NCBI GenBank assembly: GCA_012295275.1
Contig: CM022678.1
Coordinates: 14,446,001-14,510,000, forward strand
Length of the DNA stretch: 64,000 nt
From: Chrysomallon squamiferum
Lineage: Eukaryota > Animalia > Mollusca
Reading direction: 5' to 3'
Part shown: in pieces, positions 53,334 through 64,000 of the stretch
Numbering within the stretch: the stretch's first letter is position 1
Layout: the number at the start of each line of letters is the position of its first letter
Translations under genes and position numbers: made by a program
Notes under the pieces: generated by a model
What the model was told of the DNA's origin: nothing
Database searches by the model: none
The model's input: the letters and a program-made list of their open reading frames with translations, nothing else

Positions 53334-55060
53334 ATAACATCTTTACCAGAATCAGTTCTGTTTTACAAGAGTAAATCAGAGAACAGATTATTTCTTAAAT
53401 TTACTTTTCTACAGAAATTTCTTATTTAATTATTATTTTTTTTTAACATTAGTTTAATGAAAACATGACTTCAAAAATACAAGGAAGTAGTTTTTATTTT
53501 AAATCTATTTTTATATCTATATATGGATATGTAAATATGCAATAAAATTTATATTTTTATTTCATTGTAGTCTGCTTTCATTATTAATTGTATTAGAAAT
53601 TTGAATACAGTAGTATCTGTATTTTATAAGAGTGTATATTTATGTGAACATAACTAATTATGTCTAGAAATATAAAAAGCAGCAATAAAAACGAAAATTC
53701 ACATGTAAAGAATCATTGATTCACAAATATATTTTTAATCAATAATATATTTTTAAAATGTCTAATCTCAAATCTTTAGTTACTATATTTACTTTTTTCT
53801 ACATTCTTTTCATTTCAAAAACATTTTTAACTGTAAGTCAAGCCTTAAAAAAATATAATAAATAAATTGGTTAATTAAATGTAATTTTTCATGTAATTTG
53901 TTTTTGTTTAATAGCTAGATCAGGAAACAAGATTTTTTAAAAACATTTTATTTGAATAAATTATTTACTAACGTGTCAAATACACACAGTATGCTATTAC
54001 AAGTAATTATATTTGCAAACATATCTAAGTATGTATTGTAAAACTAAAATGAATTATTGATAAATCTGATCTAATTAAAGACAGTTGATTACTGATTTAA
54101 CATTGCTAAATGGCATTTAAAATCAAATGAATTAAGAGTATGTTTATCTCTATTTTGCAATGTAGAAAATCTGTATAAACACCAGTTTTCATTACCTATT
54201 TCTTTCAGTACAATGAAGAGAAAGAAATGATAGAAACCAAAAACACAAGAAATTTTATTTAATTTACATAAATAATCAACATGGAATGTATCATTCTTTT
54301 TACATATTATAATAAATAATTGAGTATTTCAACTATTTTGTTTGTTAACTATGGAAAGAAAACAGAATTCAAAAAGTGTACAACAAAAATTGTGATCTTT
54401 TTATTTTTCATTTCTGTGTAATTTTCATATATATGTATATTTATAATTGATGTGTATCCAGTATGACAATGATAACTCTAAACAATAACTAAAATAAAAA
54501 TTACCAACAATGAAAAGAATAATGACAACATTTGACAGCGTCACCGTTTTCATAAACAAGTTTTCTTTCATACACATTAAGATATTAATTATTACTTTGT
54601 TCACTATTTTAATCTGTCTGAATGCTGTAAACCTAACATTACAAACATCTACATGAACATATATACAAAATTAATTATTACACGAATCCTATGAGAAAGA
54701 TCATTCTAACATCTGCAGTCCAAAATTCAGCAATCGGAAACACTGAGATTATTGAATGAAGTTTTTACAGCCAAATTTACTGAAGCCTGATCAAAATTAG
54801 ATATTGGGGCAAGTTAATTTCCTCCTTCCATTTCAATATCTAGCAGACAGCCAAATTTTATACATTTTTTAAAATGTTTTTTCTTTATAATGCTTTTCAT
54901 ATAACAAGAAAAAATCAGAGAAATTAATTTACAAAAATCCTAATTTGAATAAAACACTGATCACACAAGTATTTATCCTCATTGTGTTATTTAATTAGGT
55001 GCTTATGTGACACTGTAATGAGAGAATCACTGAATTTTGAACTATTTCTCTAACATCAGT

Positions 55061-58000
55061 CTAACGAACTAGTGGAGTTTGTTTCAACTGCAGCAGCAGA
55101 GACCTCATCCGTGACACATCTTTTGATGATTTCATGTTTTTGGGATTGAATTCGCAGAGACGACAAATTTTTTCCCATTGCTGCCCAGGTATGGACTCAT
55201 CTCTCTCCTTTACAAAAGCATCTTCTGATGCCCTGGAAAAAAAGAAGGAAAGTACAGATTTTTTATTCATCAGTTAAAAGTGGTAACAATATTAAATAAA
55301 TATTTTAAAAACTGCTGTGGCTGCACACTTTTCCTCCTTTATTTATTAAAAGTTAAAATGGTTTTCTCTCCTCTCTCAACTAAAAAAAATGGGGGTTGTG
55401 TATGAATTATTGCATGAATTCTTAACAAATTCTAAATTTGTCTATGAAAAAAGGAAAACATTTTTTTTTACTGGTCATAATTCAAAAATTATTTAGCCAA
55501 CTTTTCATACACTAAAGAAATTTTGCTTTGTTAATTTTGTATTTATTTATTTATTTATTTATTTTAAGTCTGGGTTAAAAGAAATGAAAAACTGATGTAT
55601 TATTTCAAAATATTATAAAGTCAACAGTTACTGTAAGTTGTTTTTGAAATTTTATATTTTTATTTTAACTCTAAAAGTAATTAAAAGTAATTAAAAGTAA
55701 CAGTAACAAAAAAAATAAACAAACAAATAAAAACTAACAGCTGTATCATACATGAACAAAAACTAACAAAAATTAACACTGAAAGAAAAACAAATTAGTA
55801 AGTATTATGTTATTCAGTAAATATTTATAACACTAATATTTTCTAATCAGAATTTTTATGTGGTTTACTTTTTCAAATTAGGATAGTCTGGTCTATTCAG
55901 AACACCACAAACCAAGCTGATAAAATCAGCTAATTATATACAATATAGTATAACATCACCATTTAAAAAAGAAAAGAAAAAAAAAGAAGATATTTATATC
56001 ATGGAAGAGGTGTTGTTATATTTTTAATTGTTAAGTTATTTTATACACAGCCAGAGTGATTGAAAACATGGAAACTGTGTTGTCTAAAGTTATTTTTTCT
56101 CAGTGTTTTGATAATGAATTTTTTTATACAACTGAAAAATTTGATGTATGCGTATCACCTATTTTAGGCAAAACAGTTGTTCATAAACAAGAAAATATTT
56201 AAAAAAGGATTTTTAGGATTTTTATAAGCAGTGGCAGTGTTGTGGTTTACAAATATTTAAATAATTTATGACAGATATATAACAAAACAAAACCCATTAA
56301 ATATTGCTGAAAATGATTTATGTTTTCACTGTAACTGCATTAGATGAACAAATGATTTTTGTTTCCAACTGAAAAATCAAGGCAAATATCTGTAATTGAA
56401 AACACGACCCCATAAAAACCAAATCATTCCTAAACCAGATGAAAGTAAAATTCAAAACAGCATCTGGTTTAGAACGTTTCATTATTATATAAATATAAAA
56501 TATGTACATATGTAAATAATAACAAAAAAAAAAATGTTATTAATGACCCAGTACCAAATGGTAGCAAAACAACAATATCAAACAAGAACAAGCTAATAAA
56601 AAAAAACTACAAAAATAAGGCAATAACTATTAGATAACAGTAATGTAACAATAGACTCTTACCTCCTAGCTCAGAAAGTTGTAAAAAAATAAATAACAGT
56701 AAGCAGACTTGTGACATTACAGTGAGTTACCAATGATTACAATAAACAGTTGAAAAACAAACTAGCATTTAAATAAAAAATAAAAATAAAACTTTTAAAA
56801 CCTATTAGGAGGATAAATATTTCATAGCTACTGTTCACATTGTCAGTGATGGGAGGAAGTCAAATACAGTGTTTGATAAGCCAAAACTTATATTTTTTAT
56901 TTTTTTTTAAAAGATTTAGTGTTCACAAACTATTTCATGCATTAATATATTAAAAATATTATATAAAATACCTGCAGTCTATGTATGTTAACTATATGTG
57001 AAATACAAATGGATTTTGCGTTTATACTTTGATCACATTCTAAGGCCATCTCCTTATATTCCAAAATTCTAAAAATACTGAAATCAGAAACACTTCTGGT
57101 TGCAGTTATTTCAATGAGAGAAGATCATCCTGTATTATGATTAACTATGAATAAAAATGCCATTTTCTTTCACCTATAGAACAGTTATGACACAAGTCAC
57201 TGATGTAACTAAAACAAATAAAAAGATTGTCTTTCAGAATGTTATGAATGTTGCTAACATTGTTTATGAATCAGGATTCATGTTTCTCAAATCAGTGTTC
57301 AGCAGAAAAAAGCATGGATGATGTCTAATTAATATTGTTTCAACCCATGAAAAAGAAGGTTTAGAACATCAGTAACACTTTCATACATTAAGTCAACACA
57401 GTATCATCTGTGTACACAAACCTATTGTTTTCTTTTGTTTTCTCCAGCTGTTCAGCATAGTGTTTGTACCAGTCTTCAAGTTCCTTCCTTGCTGATGCCA
57501 GCCATTTGTTCTTCTTCTCCTCCTCTTCTGCATCTACACCAAAAATACAACCTCTTACAGCTTAGTAACAAAAACACATACAAACTTTATACTACCAGCT
57601 GGCCATCACAATTTCTATCTGTGATAATAGTATAGTGATACAGAATACATCCTTTGATATTTCTTCTAACATTTTCCTTTTACATTTCAATGATAACAAA
57701 AGTAATTATCGGAGTTGTTGGTACTGGACTTTATTCCACTAAATGTCTATTCAAAAATTTAAGATTAAAGCCATATTATTAGCCACTAGTAAAAGATACT
57801 TTGTACAATGTAAATAAAAACAATTCAGCAATAATAATGATGTGGAACTTATTATTTTTTACTTTTAATTTAGATTAACCAGAGGCAATAATACTGTTTC
57901 TTTTAACAAAACATCGACATCCAAGAACAAAGTTTATGCAAACTGCAAACCTTTCTTTTCTAAACGTTCTTTCTGTTCCTCTCTCCATTTCTGAATTTTT

Positions 58001-60282
58001 TCTGGCTCAGTTCTCATTTCATCCATGTGTGATATAGCAGAATACGCATCAGTTGGTCCATTAGCCTGAATTTCATAAAAACAATAACAGAAATAAGTAT
58101 TACCTTCAACAACCTGGAGACAAATAATGCTGATTTTTTACAAAGATAATTTTTTTAATTTAATTATCTTTTTTTTTAATACATAGATGAACATAATTTT
58201 GAAAATTAATTACAATTTAAAAAATAAAGTAGACAATTAGCAGAATACACTTTGTGAAACTATATTTAAGATTATTCTGCAACCGATTTTTCAATTCTGA
58301 AATTCTGAATTATAACTGCAAAACAAAATTATATTGACTAAATACTGAACAATTAATTTACTATGTCCCATCTGTGTTAAGGAGATATATAATGCACAGG
58401 GAGTTAAAAATTAAATTTAAACAAAATTAAAAACACAAATATACTGGTTTCCTGTTTCCTGTTTCCTGTATTTAGTCAAAACAGATTTATTTCTCAAAAA
58501 TTATCAATCAGAATCTGCTAGAGAAAGGTAGCAAGTGATATATATAATATATATATAAATAGAAGTAACTGAAGAAATGTCATCTCACAAAGTTATCAGT
58601 GTCACCATCGGCGGTAGTGTTGACATCAGCCGAGTCGCCACCACCAAACAAATCCTGAAAACACCACATAGACAGTAACATGCAAGTTTACACAGCACCT
58701 TATACTGTGACCCAGCTCTCAAGTCTGTCTTTAAAACATTACTTACACAACCAGCAAATCACTTACAAAAATTAAACTACAGTGATAAAAAGTACTGAAA
58801 ATATTTTTAATAAACAAAGCACTGTTTGGAAATTAACCTATTTTATAGCAGTATCATCACATTAAGGAAAGCTACAGCATACAAACAGAACACCAACTAC
58901 CATTCCACAGTCAACAAGAAGTTTTCCTCGTTCATTTTTTTTGTATACAAAGCCAGTAAGTGCATGATTTGCAATTAAGACAAAAAGAAAATGGTATAAT
59001 AAATGTTTATTCAAGGCACAGCAATTTAAACTTTCTCAAAAAGTCATGCATTAATGTAATTATTTTTTTTGTAGCAAAACAATAATGAAAAGCAGACATG
59101 TACATGTACTAGATGCTGCTTGACAGACTGATAGTTAGTGATAAAACCAGAGGATAAAATGTTTTAAATCAACTATTGTTATTCTGACAATTAAAAACTG
59201 ACCTGTCCTGAACTTAAATCTTGCTCGGTAACAGGCTGACCATCAAATGCATCAAAGTTACCTAAAAATATTAACATATTCAAGTATAAAAACAGAGAAT
59301 TAGTGTACAACACAATTAAAACAGTCTGCTTATTTCACAAGTTTCAACATCTTACCTGTCATAAATATCAATAATTAATTATTTTTGTTCAAAGTTTTTC
59401 TTGATTATATTGTTTTGAATAGTTTTCTGAACATTACAGTAAAATAGCAACAATATTGTAAAATAATATGTCTGCATAGATAACAATGTAAACTAATTTC
59501 ATGGAATGGAAAACAAGAAAAAAGTTAAAAAACAAAAGAAAAAAAAAAGTTTTGCACATGAACATGTTACTGTGTACATCACCTCAGAAGTATTTTCAAA
59601 TATACTCAATGATTAACAGTAATACTACTTCTAGTTTTATAGAAAAATACCTATACCAAGCATGCTTTTGTTCTTCTTCTTTAACCAAAATGGAAAATCT
59701 TGTTATCCCTTTTAGTTATTAATCATAATTAAAAACAGAAGTAAATAATTATTTTGTTCACATTTAATCTGAGAATGTTTTTTTATATATTAAAATGGAT
59801 TCTACGACGTTACTAATATAAATTAATAATTTTAGAAACTGTTTTATAATTACTCTACATATGAATTAGCTATACGATGTATATCATCTTAAAATCAATT
59901 CAAATAAAGAAAATCTCGCGTGAAAAATTTCAACATTTTAGTATCTCCTTTTTATATAGTACTTAATAAACAAAATAATGCCTAAAGTTGTAACAATTAT
60001 TATAATTTATTTTTTATATTTACTCATTTAATTATATTAGTCATACTAGATTATTCATAATTATATCACTGTCATTGTGAATAGTGGGCGGATCAAAAAT
60101 AATTTTAATGTTTCAAATTTTTAAGTACTTTGTTCAGGCTGGGCCGATGAATCAATACCAAAATTATCATCATCTAGTCCTGCCAGTTCTGTCTGCTCCC
60201 GGGCTAAAAATTCAGCAGCAGGATCTTCCTCTGGGGCAACAGTTTCGTGGCCAGCACTCTCAAATTGATCTAAGTTCGCCAT
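55061..60282 (-). CDS. CLTA: Clathrin light chain, ~215 aa
   Basis: Exons 60282-60159, 59261-59203, 58654-58589, 58065-57951, 57533-57422 and 55232-55061. Hallmarks EEDPAAEFLAREQTELAGL, EPEKIQKWREEQ, ARKELEDWY and WEKICRLCEFNPKNMKSSKDVSRMRSLLLQLKQTPLVR. Likely the single invertebrate CLC (CLTA/CLTB co-ortholog). Confidence 0.97.
56845..57132 (+). mobile_element. Tigger4/Zombi (MER46)-like DNA transposon remnant
   Basis: cacaaactatttcatgca..ttaaaaatattatataaaatacct..tattccaaaattctaaaaatactgaaatcagaaacacttctgg..cctg + TA. A second copy of the terminus lies at 13590-13695. Confidence 0.65.
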
Positions 60283-60322
60283 CTTGTTGGAGCGGTTTCA
60301 CAAATGACGTAGAACCGGAAGT
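60275..60322 (-). promoter_or_regulatory. Housekeeping-type promoter of clathrin light chain
   Basis: ETS ACCGGAAGT at 60314-60322, TGACGT at 60305-60310, and a YY1-like aagATGGCG overlapping the start codon. Confidence 0.6.
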
Positions 60323-60549
60323 TCGCAATTTTATGTTTTTGTAGATTCCCTTTTTATTAATAGACGCTCGTATCGCCCCCAAAAAAGCAACCTATTTATT
60401 TATTTGTTTGTTTGTTTATTAACATTATTAAAATAATAAAGTTCTGATCATTTGTTTTATATATTCAGACCAAAACAGGCTCGCTAATTGTACAAATTTG
60501 AAATGGTATCAAGAGCAAGATTAATGATTAAAAACAAACAAAAAGTACC

Positions 60550-60591
<42 letters not shown>

Positions 60592-62863
60592 ATATAGCAT
60601 ATAAAAAAAAAAAAAAAACAACAACAACCAAATGTGATTATGATAGAGAAACTAAATTTAATACCAAAATATATTTTAAACTTTAAAAGATTTGCAACGA
60701 TCATATTTTCATGAAACGATGAAGGTATTTGAAGCTGAATTTTACTGCATGTATTTCGAAAAACAAAGATGAAAGAAAAATCTAATAATTAATTGTAACT
60801 ACTTAAACCAGAGGCAACTAAAAATTTTTTTTTTTTTTAGATAATATCTGATCCTCATCAACTCTCTCAAATTTTTTATTATAGCAAGTAATTACTTTGA
60901 TTGTGTAGTGATCGCAGACCTAGTAAAACAAACACAAAACAAAAAAACGCAGTAACCTAATATTAAATTAGTTTGAATTTTTTTTTTTTTTATCCTTTTG
61001 ACATTAGATTATTTTAATATTATTAATGTGTGAATTGTGTTTGCTGGTGTTTGATATTTTTTAGCCTTACCGTTTAAATTTACTTTGCGTGTCCGATATC
61101 TTACCGATAATAATTTCACAAATAAAAATCCAGTGTATAGTAACTATTAATTCTAATTTAGTCATCTGTTTATTAAATTGAAATTATTAATTTATATAAC
61201 CTAATTAAAAATGTAAAATGAAAATAGTACAAACGTTCCATGTCACGAAGTTGTTGATAATTAATAATATGATTTGTTGTGACAAATGTATTGTAATGGT
61301 TTCTGCAGTTTCAAAAAATTCAATTATGGCGGCCCATGAAACTAAAATACGTCTGTCGATTTGCTGACAAAAAGTAGTTCCATTCAACAACTTAAGGGGA
61401 CCATGAAAACAAAATTGTAATCGTTTTAATGAATTACTCTCATAATAAAAGTAAAAAGCAATTATAAAAATCCATTCAGTCTATTTATTTAAAACAGGTA
61501 ATCTAAATATATCATCACGTAGAACATAAACTAGACTGCTTGGATTCGGAACTAGGTCTAAAAGGTCACAACTTTTGGCAATGGTGAAAACTCATCCTCG
61601 CCATGAACACAAAATAAAATGTTCAGTTTATACTGCGAAGGCTGTGGTAAAATATGTATATAATTAAAAATATTTGTAAAAGATGGCTATGAAAGCCGTA
61701 GCTCTTTACAATACGTTAATTCGATGCAGCTTTCCAGAATCTAAAATATTTAAATAATAATAATAATAACAATAATAATAATAATAATAATAACAATAAT
61801 AATAATAATAATATATGTAATATAATATTCTTGCAGTGTGTCAATAACACAGTATAAGAATAATATAAAAATAAAAACAAATACAAGACTAATTCTACTA
61901 TTTATTAACACCAGTATGACAAAGCGATAATATTAATTAATTTGCAAAAATAATAATAATAATGAGAGAGAGCACTATAATATACAGTAATTTATCCTAT
62001 CTGAATTGTATAACTTGTAAAATTATATTTATTCACTCTTAAAAGACACCAGACTGCTAGAGTCCCGGAAATAAAAGAAAAAAGAAAAAAAAAAGAAAGA
62101 AAAACAATTACAAATTAAAAATAAATTAAAATATCAGAATATAAGAGCTCAGTTAAGTAAGTAAATTCTTTTAAATAGTAAATGAAACAATGTCACATCA
62201 TACTTCAAATATTGTTACCCTTCATAATAAAAACTGCTATGATAATGACAAATTCAAGTTACAAATGTTTATATATATATACATACATAATTTTTTTTAG
62301 TATTTATTCTTCTTTTTTTTTTAAAGTTTTATATATATATATATATAACGTTTTATTATTTTACTTCTGATAAACTGTTTATATTTTTATAGCTAAGTCT
62401 TACAGCGAAAAACACCATAATAGTTTTAAAATGGCGCTGTAAACATACTACGGTACAAGGCTGTTATAAGTTTCCAGCTACTGCTAACTAAATATTTATA
62501 TAATGATACTACTGCCATTACATTTCTCTGAGGTTTTTATTAATGTTTATTCATTTTTTTTTATTATCTTTATTATGTGTCTTGATTCTATTTGGGTAAA
62601 GCCTTACTTAATTAGTGATTCCCTTCATTATTTTGGTTTTAATGAAGTAGTTAGTATTTACTACAAAGTTATGCTTGGACAATGTATATTTTACATTAAA
62701 CAGGGTTCGCGATCTACATAAGTCGGGCAGCAACTGTATAAGGTATTTTGTTCAGTATGACCACACTTCTAATAATTGTAATCTTTTTAATTAAATCTGT
62801 TATTAATAAAATATATATGAGTAGCCAAGTATAGAGAAAGTGAACATCTCAGATCCTGTCAGT

Positions 62864-62943
62864 TTATCGTACATGGTGATTACGCCATTCTGTTTCCTTG
62901 GTCAGGAAGTCTGTAGCAATCTCATTCACTTCTGACCATATTT
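62864..62943 (-). CDS. Possible terminal exon of a gene extending beyond the window (xIWSEVNEIATDFLTKETEWRNHHVR*)
   Basis: Island of higher GC preceded by a tag acceptor on the minus strand and ending in TAA. No upstream exon was identified in the window. Confidence 0.3.
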
Positions 62944-63942
62944 CTAATTATAAACAAATCGTCTTTAACACAGAAAGCTGGTAATTACCAACCAAACTAT
63001 ATAATAATGTTATATAATCATATATTATTTCAATCTTGACTCAATGACAAAAATGATAATAATAATAACATCAAAATAAAATAATAATAATAATAACAAC
63101 AATAATAATAATATAATAATAATAACAAAACTACTTAAAGTTTTGATATAGTTAGAAAAAATATTGTTACAGAGGTAACAAATAAATCTTTATAGTACAA
63201 AAATATAAATAAATAAGTAAATAAATAAAGGGCTTAATAATAAAGTACCATTTACATATAATTGCATGTTAATATTATTACAATACTAACAGATAAACTG
63301 AATTAATAACAAGCATTGTTGCTGTAAGAATAAAAGATTACTCTGTAAATATAAATATCAACTGATTTCTACATTAATATAACTGTAATAATAACTTTTC
63401 AATATTAACATACAAATATAATATTAAACTGTTTATTTATATGTGTCTGTGTATGTAATAATAAACAGATTAAAATACTGATATATATAAATAACTGTAA
63501 TAATAAATACTAAAAACCTGTACTGAAAAACATTCCTTGATAATAAACTGTATTAAATAGAATTGATTAAAATATAAATGTATATATATAAAACTGAAAT
63601 AAGATGTTTACAAAACTAACAAAGAGTACACTGTGATAAACTGTTAATAATATTAGCATACAAACACAATAAATTGTTTATATAAAATACATAACTGTAT
63701 AGCTAATAACAGTTTACAAATCTAACACACCCAAGATATAAACATACATATACATAAATACATAGTAAACTTTTACAATATTAACAAACTTTATATTACT
63801 TCTATTAAAAGTATATGTTAAACTATTTATTAACATACACACTAGAATAGTAAAAACAGCAATAATATTAGGTAAAACTCTTCAGAATAATATATTAATA
63901 TGTCTATTAAAGCATAAATAACAATAAAGATACGTGTATGTG

Positions 63943-63980
<38 letters not shown>

Positions 63981-64000
63981 TTAAACTGTTTTTCTATTTA

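Overview
AT-rich, microsatellite-dense eukaryotic DNA with GT-AG introns, most consistent with a marine invertebrate such as a mollusc (inference from composition and gene content; not prokaryotic, no CRISPR). Manual splicing gives seven complete multi-exon genes. (1) BTB-BACK-6xKelch protein (-). (2) A ~1019-aa OFCC1/ojoplano-like coiled-coil + C2-like + multi-TM protein (+), head-to-head with gene 1 and carrying a perfect RFX X-box. (3) A ~369-aa TRADD-N-like + helical protein (+). (4) A secreted 2xLamG + PAN/Apple protein (-). (5) A secreted mucin-stalk + prokineticin/astakine-like Cys domain protein (-). (6) A CABIT + SAM (GAREM/THEMIS-like) adaptor (+) preceded by a duplicated upstream region. 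(7) Clathrin light chain (-), with a candidate 3-nt microexon in the intron where vertebrates carry neuronal inserts. Also present are hAT and Tigger-type MITEs and several minisatellites, including one built from a splice acceptor. Family assignments come from motif recognition by eye, not database searches.
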